Assembly (NCBI RefSeq): GCF_009914755.1 | Contig: NC_060943.1 | Reading direction: 5' to 3' (one strand) | Length of the DNA: 64,000 bases | From: the human T2T-CHM13v2.0 reference genome, Homo sapiens | Shown: positions 42,053 to 63,028 of the stretch, one piece after another | How the letters are laid out: each line of letters starts with the position of its first letter | Numbering within the stretch: position 1 is the stretch's first letter | The notes under the pieces: model-generated | Database searches by the model: none | What the model was told of the DNA's origin: nothing | Seen by the model: only the letters and a program-made list of their open reading frames with translations | Translations under genes and position numbers: made by a program

Positions 42053-43474
42053 CAAGAGTTACATACTCTCCTATGAATATTTTCCCAAGGTGTCACGGTT
42101 GGAAATTGTCTTTCCATTTGAAGCAGTTTGTTTAATTAAGGACCAGGTAACTTCTAGAACCAAAGTTTTTGAGCTCTTTTGAGCATGAGCCATAGCAAGA
42201 AACGCATTTTTCATTGAAATTAGAACAATGAAACAAACATTTCATGTCTGTATAGATTGATATTATAGCTTTAGTAAGCATTTCAGAAGGACCCCTTTCC
42301 TGCTGGTGGTAGTACTCTGATAGTTTCTATCCTGGTTCTTTTATTCTGAATGCTTATTACAAGCTTTTAAATTTATTTCACAGCTCACTAAAGGGCTACA
42401 GTTTTTAATTTGAAAAACTGTTGTGAAAGGCCCAACTTACCTACACTGAGAGCTTCAGAAGGAACCAGTGTATAGGGCTTCCTGCTTTCTTTTTATCCCA
42501 AGTGATTCTTGCCACCTTCAAATTTTCTTATTAGCCTCACCCTGGATATACCTGTCTCTTGTACAACTTTTCAGCTTCTCTGCAAAATTACAATTTTCTG
42601 TTCTTTTCCTATTTCAAATAACATTTGGAAAAGATGCTTTTCTCCTAGGACTTGGCTTAAATTCTCACACAAAAAAAGTCAAGTTGGGGTTCATTTATTC
42701 ATTTGACATGCATTTATTGAGCATTCACTGTGACAGGCACAGTTCTGGACAATGGTTATAAAGTAGGAAAGTGTAAAACGAGTATTATGTCAAAATTAGA
42801 AAATGCTTCCCTCATTGATGCTGCATTGTGGTGGGAAGGACATACATTAAACAACCAGTAATTTAGTGTGTCCAGTGGTTAAAAGTGCTGTGAAGAACAT
42901 AGACAAATTCAAGTTGCTAGAGGTGAATTGGGTGAAGACAGGATTCATTATTTTTCAATGAGTAATAAAGCAGCCCTCATTGGTGAGCTGACATTGAGCA
43001 GAGACCCACAAGACGTGAGGAACCATCCATCTCGCTATCTGGGAAGAGTTCCTCCCTGAATATAACTCCTGCTGTGGGGGTGGCTTTCAAAGTTTACACT
43101 GTGACATCTTTTTCTTCTCCCTGTCTCCATCTCAATTGTGAAAGATTGGAGTCTACTTCTTTTTCACTTTTTTTTTTTCTGGAGGTCTAAATTACTGTCA
43201 GCTTTTAGAATAATACATGTTATCAGTTCAACTTTCTTTCCCTTTAGTCCTCATGTAGGAAACTTGCTGACAGAAGCTAAAGTTTCACCATCTGCTTATC
43301 TGCTAATATTTTAGTCAGTATGTGGTTAGGTACTTGCTCCCAGCCTGCAAGTCATGTTAACCATTCCAGTCACCTGGATATTGAAGTAACTTTCCAATAA
43401 AATGACTCAGGGCAGAGTTATATAGACACCATTTAACAAATGTCTACTGATACAAAGGAGGAGGTAGATTTTTT

Positions 43475-43795
43475 TCTCTTTTTCTTTTCTTTTTTTTTTT
43501 TTTTTTTTTGAGACAAAGTCTCACTGTGTCCCTCAGGCTGAAGTGCAGTGATAAAATCATGGTTCACTGCAGCTTCTAACTCCTGAGTTCAAGCGATCCT
43601 CCATCTCAGCCTCCCAAATAGTGTTAACTACGGGTGCGTGCCACCACATCTGGCCAATTTTTTTAAAAGTTTTTTTGTAGGGCCAGAGTCTTGCTATGTT
43701 GCCCAGGCTGGTCTTGAACTCCTGGGCTCAAGTGATCCTCCGGCTTCAGCCTCCCAACATGCTTGGATTACAGATGTGAGCCACTGCACCCTGCC
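43475..43795 (-). mobile_element. Old Alu (AluJ-like)
   Basis: Diverged Alu. Confidence 0.88.
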
Positions 43796-44119
43796 AAGAG
43801 GCAGCTTTTAAATGACTATTCCTGCAGGAGGGGAGTAAGTTTTTCCTCTGTAAAAATTTCCTTAGAGGTACGTCTTTCTGCTAAACTTTTGTGGAAGAGT
43901 TCATTTAAAAAATAATTTCCAAATATTTATATCTCTTTATACAAGATTAAACATTTTGGAATATTATTAAGGATAAACCTTTCAGAAGGGTTTAAACATT
44001 TTAAATCTAAGTTATATTAGAAGTGGTCAAGAGTTTATAATAGTTGTCAGCTCATTTAATGTCTGTCAACACAGAAAAATAAGATTAAGTGTATATGTTA
44101 TGCAGAATATTCAAGAATA

Positions 44120-44482
44120 TGGTTGATCCTTGAACAACTTGGGGGTTAGGGACACCAACTCCCCTCACAGTAAAAAATCCAAGTATAACTTTTGACTCCC
44201 CTCTAAAACTTTACTCATGGCCTACTTTGACTGAAAGACCTACTGATAACATAGTCAATTAACACATATTTTGTATGTTATAATGTATTGTATACTATAT
44301 TCTTACAATAAAGGAAGAATTCTTTATTCTTACAATAAAGAGAAGAGAAAATGTTATTAAGAAAATTATAAGGAGGAAGAGGAGGGGTTGGTCTTGCTGT
44401 CTCAGGGATGGCAGAGATGGAAGAAAATCCATGTATAAGTGAACACATGCAGGTCAAACCTGTGTTGTTCAACGGTCAACTG
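44120..44482. mobile_element. Tigger2/MER28-like DNA transposon derivative
   Basis: Inverted termini GTTGATCCTTGAACAAC...GTTGTTCAACGGTCAACTG. Confidence 0.8.
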
Positions 44483-45110
44483 TATTTTGAACATGTAAAT
44501 ATAAACATTTCAGGTTATTTAATAATTTGAATATGTAACATGAACCTAAACTGCAAAATATTTGATTATTTTCTTACTTTCCCTTGAAGTTCTTGTTGAT
44601 TTATATTATCTACATTTTTTTTTAACTTTTAATATTTTTAATAGAGGTACATTCTTGCTTTGTTGCCCAGACTGGTCTCAAACCCCTGGCCTCAAACTAT
44701 CCTTCTGCCCCAGCCTCCCAGAATGCTGGGATATACAGGCATGACCATGCCTGGCCTATGCTTTTTATATTTAGATAATTTACTATTTATTATTCTACAC
44801 TGACTTTAAAATTCGATGGAAATGGCAGTACAATTTGTATCATGTTAATTTTTAAAATTAACTCTGACTTCTAACTTGTGTCTCACATAGGAGACTTGGT
44901 ATGGTCTAATGCCTGGTAGATAGCAGCCAATTGGACCACCTCTTGATTTATCTAGGCATGGAAATCAGAGATCATGATACACAGTGGAAAAGACCATTAC
45001 ACAAACTGGACCTTCTCTGGATTTGTTAAAATCGCATGCTCTCGCCTAAGTATGACATCTTGAAAACTTTTAACAGAGCCTCCACATCTCTGAATTCTCT
45101 GTCCTTACAG

Positions 45111-46978
45111 CAGACAAGATCCAAAGTGAGGTGGAGACTGTTCCAGAAGCAGGACGACATGAAGAGCTTTACTGGGGGCAAATCTGGAAACAGATTGCAA
45201 GTGATTTAATCAAGTATGAAGACTCTATGATAAGTATTTCTCGGTTCCCCAGACAAGGTGATTTGTCCTGCCAGGTTAGGGCAGGACTATATACAACTCA
45301 CACAGGACAGAAATTTTACCAATGTGATGAGTACAAAAAATCCTTCACTGATGTCTTCAACTTTGATCTTCATCAACAGTTACACTCAGGAGAGAAGTCT
45401 CATACATGTGATGAGTGTGGAAAAAGCTTCTGTTACATCTCAGCCCTTCATATTCATCAAAGAGTCCACATGGGAGAGAAATGCTATAAGTGTGACGTGT
45501 GTGGTAAGGAATTTAGTCAGAGCTCACATCTTCAAACTCATCAGAGAGTCCACACTGTAGAGAAACCATTCAAATGTGTGGAATGTGGGAAAGGCTTCAG
45601 TCGTAGATCAACACTTACTGTACATTGCAAATTACACTCAGGAGAGAAACCTTACAATTGTGAGGAATGTGGGAGGGCCTTCATACATGCTTCCCATCTT
45701 CAGGAACATCAGAGAATTCATACTGGGGAGAAACCATTCAAATGTGATACATGTGGTAAGAACTTCCGTCGTAGATCAGCACTTAATAATCATTGCATGG
45801 TCCACACAGGAGAGAAACCATACAAATGTGAGGACTGTGGTAAGTGTTTCACTTGTAGCTCAAACCTTCGTATCCATCAAAGGGTCCACACAGGAGAGAA
45901 ACCTTACAAGTGTGAAGAATGTGGTAAGTGCTTTATTCAGCCTTCACAATTTCAGGCCCATCGGAGAATCCACACTGGAGAGAAACCATACGTATGTAAA
46001 GTGTGTGGTAAGGGTTTCATTTACAGTTCAAGTTTTCAGGCCCATCAGGGAGTCCACACTGGAGAGAAGCCATACAAATGCAATGAGTGTGGGAAGAGCT
46101 TCAGAATGAAAATTCATTATCAAGTGCATCTGGTAGTCCACACAGGGGAAAAACCCTATAAATGTGAAGTATGTGGTAAAGCCTTCCGTCAGAGTTCATA
46201 TCTTAAAATCCATCTGAAAGCACATAGTGTACAGAAACCTTTTAAGTGTGAAGAGTGTGGGCAGGGCTTCAATCAGAGCTCACGACTTCAGATTCACCAG
46301 CTGATCCATACCGGTGAGAAACCATACAAATGTGAAGAGTGCGGAAAGGGATTTAGTCGTAGAGCAGATCTTAAAATTCATTGTAGGATCCACACAGGGG
46401 AGAAACCATATAATTGTGAGGAGTGTGGGAAGGTCTTCAGTCAGGCCTCGCATCTTCTAACCCATCAGAGAGTTCACAGTGGGGAAAAACCATTTAAATG
46501 TGAAGAGTGTGGGAAGAGCTTCAGTCGGAGTGCACACCTTCAAGCCCATCAAAAAGTCCACACTGGAGAAAAGCCATACAAATGTGGGGAGTGTGGAAAG
46601 GGCTTCAAGTGGAGCTTGAACCTTGACATGCATCAGAGGGTGCACACAGGAGAAAAACCCTATACATGTGGGGAGTGTGGGAAGCACTTCAGTCAGGCCT
46701 CAAGTCTCCAACTTCATCAGAGTGTCCACACAGGAGAGAAACCATACAAATGTGATGTATGTGGTAAAGTCTTCAGTCGGTCTTCACAATTACAGTATCA
46801 TAGGCGAGTTCACACTGGGGAAAAACCTTACAAATGTGAGATATGTGGTAAGAGGTTCAGCTGGCGATCAAATCTTGTAAGTCATCACAAAATTCATGCT
46901 GCTGGTACATTTTATGAAAATGATGAGAATAGTAAGAACATCAGAGAGTTGTCAGAGGGAGGAAGTTCTACAAGGTGA
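45111..46978 (+). CDS. ZNF234: ZNF234 last exon: spacer + 1 degenerate + 18 intact C2H2 fingers
   Basis: CTTACAG| acceptor, phase 1 in frame with ORF 45131-46978; total CDS 15+127+93+1868=2103 nt. Confidence 0.95.
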
Positions 46979-47070
46979 TTAAAAAAAAAAAAAACAGAAC
47001 TCATGTACAACCTGAATGCTTGTAATTAGATTTCATAGGAGGGAAAAATTTTCTTTATCAACCTCTTTGA

Positions 47071-49161
<2,091 letters not shown>

Positions 49162-49734
49162 CTAAGTAACATATCAGTGATGTCAATGAATTGTTTTAAA
49201 TGGAAGTGTGTGTTCCTCTATAATAATTTGACTTTTGATATTTTCATTCCTGTATTGACCTGAAGCTATTAAAATGGCGGCAGGTATCTGTAATGACAGG
49301 ATAAAGAAAAAATATGGGCTTTGGAAGATCATAGACTATTGCCTTTGTAGCATAATGAAATCTATACATTTTTATGAGTGAGTGTGTATGTACATGCATA
49401 AGATAATATGTAAAGGATACTTTTTTTTTTTAGCAATTTTCTCTTGCAATGAGCATTTTGTGGTATTTTTCCATTTTATAATTCCATAAATTACATTTTA
49501 ATTTCTTATTGAACATCAGTATTACCAAAGCAGTAAATTATGTACATTAGAATTTTAAAAAGTGCTATATGATAATCCCTTCAAAATATGATTGTTCTAT
49601 ATTGTTATATGGCACATAAGATCATAATTAATAGATTCTGGAAGCCAATTTTAAAAACAAAAAAATTCTCTGAATATGTGGATAAATGGATGAGTGTGAA
49701 CAATTGTATCTTTGCAATTAATGTCTGCTACACT

Positions 49735-50330
<596 letters not shown>

Positions 50331-50579
50331 CTTGCTTGCTACATTTTTTAAAGCATTAATCTGTAACACAGAGAGAATCCTGGAAATGAAAACAAAGTGG
50401 TATACATATGTTAGGGAGGTATGTTTAAAAAGGTTCACTGAGGAAAAAGTGTGCATAAGAGCAGAATATAGTGCAATCCACTTACTGGATGTGGAACCAG
50501 TAAGGACAAAGAGTGGGTTTGAATGACATTCCATATTCCTTGGACATGATGGTGATATTTTCAGTGTAGTTGATTAAAG

Positions 50580-51187
<608 letters not shown>

Positions 51188-51314
51188 GATTAAAGGGCTT
51201 TACTCAATAAATTATATCTAACTGGGGAGACTTTTTTCCACTATTGATTTTCTTCAGTATACCTTCACTGGATGCTTGCTACTCATTAAGGTCCATGCTA
51301 CCTCAATGTGCATG

Positions 51315-53598
51315 GTATGCTGGGGATTGATAATACCACCTTCACATTCTTGTAATTCACTAGGAGGACTCAAGACACCCTATGTTATCATAGTCACTAT
51401 GATTTATTGTAGTAAAAGATACCAAGTCAGTTGAGCAAAGGGAAAATGTGCATGGGATGAAGTCCAGAAGAAATCAGGTACAGGCTTCCAATAATCCACT
51501 CCCTGTAGAATCATTCATGATGTACTGTTTTTTCAGCATTGAAACATGTGAAATGTCTACCCAGTAAGCTCAATGGAGACTTAGTGCCCTAGGCACTACG
51601 TTGTGTTTTGTTTTGGAACTGGTCACATAGGCCAGCTTGGGCCAAAATTCTAGATTCCCAGAAGGAATTCAGCATAAATCACATTATACAAATAGCCGGG
51701 GCATGGTGAGCCACTCTCATCAGAGAATTGTGGAAATCCTCCTGAAATTCAAGTTCCCAGATACCAGTCAAGGGCTAACCTTATATCTTGCGCTGCTATA
51801 ACAGAATACCACAGATTAGGTAATTTATAAACAATATAAATTTATCTGTCATAGTGCTTGAGGCTGGGAAGTCCAAGGTCAAGATGCTGGCAGGTTTAAC
51901 ATCTGGTGAGGGCTGCTGCTGTCTGCTTCCAATATGGCATCCAGTTGCTGCATCCTCTGGAGGAGACAGATGCTATGTCCTCATATGGTGGAAGTGATGA
52001 AAAAGCAAGAAGGGATTAAGTTTTAACAAGGGAACACCATCAAACTATAGCATGTTGCAAGCAGGCCTTTTAAGTACAACAGTCTCAGGCCTATGTTAAC
52101 TCTTTTCTGAACAAAGGGCTTCAGAAATCCAGTACCTATATTCTTTTCTTTCTTTTTCTTTCTTTGTATCACCAGATACCACATTAGGTCATCTTCCTTC
52201 AAGGTAATTTGTAACCAAAACCAGTAGACTAAACCAAATAATTTCTTGCCCCTCTGCCCCATAACTGATAAGACTGTAGGTACAGTCTACATCTACCCTC
52301 CTCATGACCAGAGTTTTCAGGTTAGTCACAAGACAGCTGTAGAAGCTGGGAGCTATCTGGCTTTGTTTTTGGTTGGTTGTTGTTTGTTCACAGTCAAGAG
52401 GAGAGAACTGTTTCATTTGTAATATTGTATAGTTCATGTCTCCCAAAATGCATGGCTACTCTAACTCCCATTCACACACAAGATTAATTCCTTAGCTCTT
52501 ACCTAGTATGCCCAGCCCTTGTGGGATCATTCAGTTTTTTCATCTGTGGGCCTAACTTGCCTGTTCATCTTTGGCCGTTGGGATTTCCCTGTCTTAGCTT
52601 TGAGTTTAGCTACATTTTAACGCTTTAGGGGATATTGTCACATAACATTTTTCTATCTTTGAAAAGATCCACAATATTATGTAATGATTACCACTATCTA
52701 ATCCTAGAACTCTTTCATCTGCTCCCAAAAGAAATCCCCTACATGAGCTGGGTGTGGTGGTGCATGCCTGTAGTCTCAACTACCCAGGGGGCTGAGGCGG
52801 GAGGATCACTTGAGCCCAAGAATTTAAGGCTGCAGTGTGCTATGATCATGCCTGTGAATAGCCACTGTACTCCATTCTGGGAAACATAACAAGACGCTGT
52901 CTCTAAAAAAGTAAGAAAAAAAAAACCCTACATATTGACAGTCACTCCCCATTCCCAACTACATCTCCCCAGCCTTGGAGACAACTAATTTACTTTCTGT
53001 CTCTATGGACTTGCCTATTCTGCACATTTGATATAAATGGAATCATACCATATATGGTATCTTGTGTCTGGCTTCTTTCATCGGACATAATGTCTTCAGA
53101 GTTCATCTATGTTATAACATGAATCAATATTTTGTTCATTCACATTACTAAATAATATTGCATTATATGGCTAGACCACATTTTGTTTATCCACTCATCA
53201 GCTGATGGACATTGGGTCTTCTCCACTTTTTGACTATTATGACTAATGCTGCTATGAACTTTTTTAGAACAAGTTTTTGTGTGGATATCTTTCAGTTCTC
53301 CTGGGTATTTACTTAGGAGTGAAATTGCTGGCACATAAGCCCCAGATCGGGTGCCAGCAGATTCAGTGTCTGGTGAGGTCCCGCTTTCTAAGTCATACAT
53401 GGTCCTTCTGGCTGTGTCCTCACATAACTAAAGAGGCAAAGGAGCTCCCTCAGGCCACTTATAAGAGAGCATTAATCCTATTCATGAGGGCATTGCCCTC
53501 TTGATCTGATCACGTCCCATAGGTTCCACCTCCTAATATCTTCTTGGGAGTTAGGATTTAAACATACGAATTTGGTGGGGGCCATAAACACTCAGACC
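51315..53598 (-). mobile_element. Composite: MER21-like LTR with MaLR insert, L1M fragment with Alu monomer, MLT1A-like LTR
   Basis: Recognisable family motifs; boundaries approximate. Confidence 0.6.
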
Positions 53599-53619
53599 AT
53601 AATAATACCTAAAGAGAAG

Positions 53620-54240
53620 TGAGGGATTCTGGGAAATGAAAACCAGGAGCTCAAGGTAGTTGGACACTTCCACATCAGAAGGCTTGGACATTCCGGAAGT
53701 GTAGTCCAGGAGGGCGGTACTGTTCTGTTTTTCCCCCAACTCCAGCATTCTGTGATATGTAGTCCGGAGTTCCGTGTAGTCGCGCATAGCTCAGCTGCAG
53801 TAAGGCTGTAAATGTTTCCCCTGCGGAATCCTGGGAACTGTAGGTCCAATCGTTCTAGGTAGTTGTAGGCACTTCCGGCTCGAGGAAGGCAGTGCTGTGG
53901 AATTCTGGGAAGCGTAGTCCAGGTCCTCCTGATACTCGCAGGCACTTCCGCCCAGGAAGACGACGTAGCAGCCATCTTTTCCCTGGCTTTGGTGATTCAG
54001 GTCAGCTTCTCAGGAACCTTTCAAACTTCCCCGAAATGCACTTGTGGTCAGCAGCTAGCGGTCTTTTGTTTGGGGAAAAAAAGGAGTAGCGGCTAAGAGC
54101 GGAGGTTTGAGGGGCCAGGATGCTGTTTTGCGTTTCCCTGGGCGGAGCTTGTTAGAATTGGGGGCGTACTGGCTTCGGGCGGCTGGGGTGATGCTTCGTC
54201 GGGTTTGAAGGTCTCTCGGGCTGTTCGCTCCCTCATTGTG
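53620..54240. promoter_or_regulatory. ZNF226 promoter/exon 1 (donor CAG|GTCAGC at 54000/54001)
   Basis: ZNF143-type cores at ~53625, 53689, 53745, 53826, 53900; CACTTCCG at 53870 and 53943; YY1-type GCCATCTT 53971-53978; CpG-rich. Confidence 0.8.
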
Positions 54241-54614
54241 ACTCCCCCACCTAATGAGCCAGCCCTACCACTTCATACAGTATCACATTGAGCGAGTTAG
54301 TTAATCCCCGTGCCTTCGTTTGCTGTTCTGAAGGAAAATAAAAGCAAAAACTTCCTAATAGAATGTTTTGAGAGAAAACGAGGTAATACAAAAAGTGTAA
54401 AACTGCCTGGCACGTGAATTACCAATACTACTGTAATTTTCCTAGAAACTCCCGTTCTGTGGCGAAATTCTGTGAGTCCATGAAGCTGGATTGTCCCTGA
54501 CCTCTTTTGAGGAAGGAGAGGGTTGCTTCTAACTGGTCCTGGGAGATGCCACTGTGATGTATCCGGGATGAAGACACAATCCTGGTTACTTCATAGCCTG
54601 TTTTTCTTCCCCAG

Positions 54615-54665
54615 CCCTGACTTCTCAAAAAGCACTGCACAGAGGAGGAGGCAGCAGAACCCCAT
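54615..54665 (+). other. ZNF226: ZNF226 non-coding 5'UTR exon
   Basis: TTTTTCTTCCCCAG| strong acceptor, |GTGAGT donor. Confidence 0.7.
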
Positions 54666-55076
54666 GTGAGTAAGACTTGTTGTTATTCTTGTTTTATTCA
54701 CATAAATCAGAGAATGTGTGGGGTCATGTATTTGGGCATGAGAAGTGATTATAATTTAGCGTTAGTTGCTAAGTTCCATTCTAAGGGGTTTATACAAATG
54801 AACACCTTTCCACTATACAGTGGCTCTGTGAAGTGATACTCTTTTTCCGAGGAGACTGAGACATAAGAACATAACTTGTTTGCTCATAGCCACCTAGCTA
54901 GTAGGAGGCAGAGCTAGCATTGAAACCGAGGCAGTCTGAGTCTAGACCTGAGTCTTCTTTGGTATGTTCTGCATGAGCCATAGGCAGCTGGCTAGTATCA
55001 TGTGAAAATAGGTTGGGACTTCACTGTGGGGACTTTGCTCAAGGTCTGGGCTATTCTATGACTTTTAAAAAATAGT

Positions 55077-58169
<3,093 letters not shown>

Positions 58170-58938
58170 GGTTCCTGCATTTTTAATTTAAGTTAGGTAT
58201 GGATTGTCAAACGGTGTTTTTTAATTGCGGTATCTTCGGTTTTATTAGTTCAGTGTTGGCAAATTATTGGAAAGACGACAAGATGTTTTTCAGAAGTTAT
58301 AAGACACTTTCACGTGACATAGCAACAACCTGTGAACTCCAACTATCTTATAATATTCTGTTGGTGGAAATTATATTTTTAAGGATAATTTCAAACCATA
58401 GACCATCTTCTACTTATTGCAGTTGCAAATAAATAAGATACCTGACTGTGTTGTAAGAGCTTTCTACCTTCCAGCAATCCGATGAGGTTGGTACTGTTAT
58501 TCTTTACCACTTGCAGATGACAGAAGTAAGGCAAAGAGATGTTAATAGTTTCCCCAAGGTGACGCTTTTAGTGTCAGGATTTTAACCCATGCATATCAAT
58601 TCCAGGCCTACTGTACTTATATTGTCTCAATTTACGCTGTACTCAAAATAAGAATTACTGGCGTGCAATTACAGGCACATGGGCAGTGAGGCCACTGTGT
58701 GGTTAGCCTGGTTCTGAACTACTGCTGAAAGGGGTAGTTGGATATCTGGGATCCATGTCATAATCTGCTTAAAAGCCACATAAAGCTGCAGCCACCCCAA
58801 GAAGCACACACCTTTGCTAATTCCTAAAGAGCAGCCACGTGCATTAGCAACATACTTACCCAGTTTTGATTTATTTCTCTCTTCTTTCCTAGTTCAGCTT
58901 CTTAGGACTCTGCACTTCCCCAGAAGGAAGAATTAAAA

Positions 58939-58953
58939 ATGAATATGTTCAAG
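58939..58953 (+). CDS. ZNF226: ZNF226 first coding exon (MNMFK); exon starts 58893 (alternatives 58898, 58906)
   Basis: AAAATGAATATGTTCAAG|GTGAGT after long pyrimidine tract. Confidence 0.9.
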
Positions 58954-59170
58954 GTGAGTAGAGCTTGCCTTTCCCAGCTGTTAAAAATACCATTTTAGTA
59001 CTCAGAGATGGAACCAGGTTTTTCTTTTTCAAGTAAGAGTCAAGGCATCTGATGACCTGTTGAGTGTGCTAGGTGCTTATTTTGTTCCGTTTGAGTTTAG
59101 CTGGTTTTGGTTTTAGTTTTATTTCGTCATTTTTATTTTACAAATAAAGGTAGAAAAATTAATAGAAATG

Positions 59171-59785
<615 letters not shown>

Positions 59786-60945
59786 TTAATAGAAATGAAA
59801 AAATCTTATTTCCATAATCTCTTCATTGTATGTACTTGTAATTATATATTGGCATTCATAACATAGATATAATTTTACATTTCTTACATTTATAACATTT
59901 ATTTTTGTTGTATTTCTATCAAATTTATGTATCCAGTTTTTAAACTATTCTCTATATACAGTTAGTGTAGGATTTTTACTGTTTTAGGAACTACAGTGTT
60001 AGTTTTCTTGCATTTAACTTTTTCTGAAAAAATCAATTTTGAAAAATACTGCCTTTTAAAATCCGTAACATTAGGTATTCAGAATTGAAAAGGTATGTTT
60101 TGTGTGTGGTACTTCAGATTTTTTTTGATAGAATATTCAAATATGGCACAGTGTGTCAAGATTTAACAGCTGCTTCACCCAGAAAAAATATTAGACTTTT
60201 TTTTACTACAAGAGCTAGATTCTGTCTTCCCCATGCCTCAGTCATACCCTGTGTGTTTACTGGTCTTTTTCCCTTTTAATATTTTTTTTAGTTAAAGTAG
60301 TATGTGACCTTAATTTAAAATGCCTAGTGGTAGGAAAGGATTTGCCAAGCACTTACACTCTGCCCCTGTATTGAGACCTCACAGCAACTATGAAGAGGTT
60401 CTTTGTTTTGTCTCCATTTTAAACATAAATAGAAAAGGGCTTGTGAAAAATGAGGAACGTGCTCAAGTTCACATGGAAAACTAAAGATCCGGGATCAGTG
60501 TATTACATTCAAGTGAAAGACCAAGACAGGAGGACAGAGAGAGTCCTTCATTCAGAAACCTGACATGCCCTTTAGGTTTGTTTCCACATATAACGCTGCT
60601 CACTTGGCTCCCACCTCAGTAGGAAGGCAGGTGCTATCAAACACTATTGGGACTCAATTGGTAAACCTTTCTGGGGAAATTGGCAATGTTTTAGGTTCAG
60701 CAGGTAACAGTTCCAGGAAATTCCCTTATAAGAGTACTCACTGAGAGCATCCAGTAAATATACAAAGCTTTCTTTTTCACAGCAGCACTTTTGGTAAGTC
60801 AGTGTATGGCATTGGCAAGACAGGAGAAGGGCTGGGAAATCTACAAACGGCTGGGCATCCAGAACAACTTTCCACCTGTTCTCAGTGTTACCCATCTTCT
60901 AGTGGACATTGGTTGTAAGATTGAGGTCATTTGTTTTTGTCGTAG

Positions 60946-61134
<189 letters not shown>

Positions 61135-61717
61135 TGAAATTGTTCCCTGAGTGTGGGAATCTGACTTTCCTAATTTTTGTGGGATGCAGAGACACTGGAT
61201 GTTTCTGGTCTTTCTGAACAGAATATTTTAGGTCTTTTTCATTTGTGTTTTATAGAAGAACTGTAAATGAACAGAATACTGCTATGCCTTGTCTATTCTT
61301 TTTCATGTTTTACACCTGTCCCAGTATTGAATTATAAAACCAACTTATTGAATGTCATCAGCAGATTTTAATGAAATAAAATAGGGTAGAAAATACTAGA
61401 ACTCCTTAGGAAGAATGGCACACACTGCAGCAAAAACTCTGGCCAATTGCTTGAGTGATGTGAGAACCAATGGGAGATTTAAGGAAAACAGACATTAGTT
61501 AAAAATAGGTTATTCAAACTTGGTTTTCATAATATGTATTTACGCATGTGTGTCTGGGTCATGAAATAAATGGTGTTTCTTTACTGAAGTCACAATTTAA
61601 ATAAAAGTTTGAAAAACACTGCTTTCAGTGTCTTGAATGTGCAGTTGCAACTCAGATTTCCAGTGTATTTTAACTCTAATATGTTCATTTTCAACTTGTG
61701 ATTTGGCATTTTCACAG

Positions 61718-61810
61718 GGCATCCACCCTTCAAACAAGATGTATCACCTATAGAAAGAAATGAGCAGCTTTGGATAATGACGACAGCAACCCGAAGACAG
61801 GGAAATTTAG
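61718..61810 (+). CDS. ZNF226: ZNF226 KRAB-B/b exon (GHPPFKQDVSPIERNEQLWIMTTATRRQGNL)
   Basis: 93 nt, CAG|...|GTAAAA, open. Confidence 0.93.
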
Positions 61811-62333
61811 GTAAAAACCAAACAGTTATGAGTTCTTATAGTTAACTGTCCATCTGCTTTGCTTCTTCTTAGCCTTGTTGCCATCACCTGGTCCAAATTG
61901 CCAACTGTCTTTCCTGGATTATTGCAACACCCTTTGTACTGCTTGCCCTGCTCCCACCCCTCTCCTCTTACATTCTGTTCTTTAAGTGGCAAAGTGAGTT
62001 TTTGTTACCTTGTGTCAGACTATGTTGTTCTTCTGCTCAAAATTCTCTGTGACTTATTTTACATAGAGTAAAATCCACTTAATGTGGCTGACAGAGTCTT
62101 ACACGGTGTGCTTTTCATCCCCCACTACCTCTCTAAATATATCTTCTATACTCTCTTTCTGTGAATTCCAGCCACATTGTCCTCCCTCTTGCTTTTCAGA
62201 CCTATCAAGGATGCTTCTGCCTCACAACCCTGTGTGTTCTTCCCTCTGCCTGAAATAATCTTTTACCTATAATCCTTCTGGTCCCTTCTTCATTCATTTC
62301 TTTGCTCAGTTTTAGTATTATAAGAAAGGCCTC

Positions 62334-62628
62334 GGCCGGGCACGGTGGCTTGCGCCTGTAATCCCAGCACTTCGCGAGGCTGAGGTGGGCAGATCAATCA
62401 TGAGGTCAGGAGATCGAGACCAACCTGGCTAACACGGTGAAACCCTGTCTCTACTAAAAATACAAAAAATCAGCTGGGCGTGGTGGTGGGTGCCTGTAGT
62501 CCCAGCTACTCGGCAGGCTGAGGCAGAATGGTGTGAACCCAGGAGGCAGAGGTTGCAGTGAGCTGAGATCGTGCCACTGCACTCCAGCCTGGGCGATAGA
62601 GCGAGACTGTCTCAAGAAAAAAAAAAAG
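62334..62628 (+). mobile_element. Alu
   Basis: TSD AGAAAGGCCTC. Confidence 0.92.
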
Positions 62629-62997
62629 AAAGGCCTCCTCTGACCACCCTATTAAAAATACATTCTCTCCATTTACTCTCTGTGCACTGCCTTATATTGT
62701 GTGTAAGCACTGATTATCACCTCATATATGTTTTTGTTTAGTGACGTTTGTCTCCTCACTGGAGTGTAATCTCCAGGAGTGGAGGAATGTTATCTATTTG
62801 CTTCTGTCTCCTCAGTGCTTAGAATAGTCCTAGTATATGGCAGAGACACTATAAATATTAGTTGAATAAATGAGTTAATGGAAATCTGTCTTCCATGGAG
62901 GTAACTAATAGGTGGTGAACAAATCAGCATAAATAAGGGATATTGCAAAATATTTTTTGTCTTCTAATGAATTCCTAACCTAATTCTAATTTCTCTT

Positions 62998-63024
<27 letters not shown>
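62998..63024. repeat. (TG)n microsatellite
   Basis: ~13 TG units. Confidence 0.95.

Positions 63025-63028
<4 letters not shown>

Noticed and set aside
45576-46109. Alternative-frame ORFs within finger exons (also 19982-20926)
   Set aside because: Typical off-frame by-products (TLERNH repeats) of C2H2 arrays; no independent support
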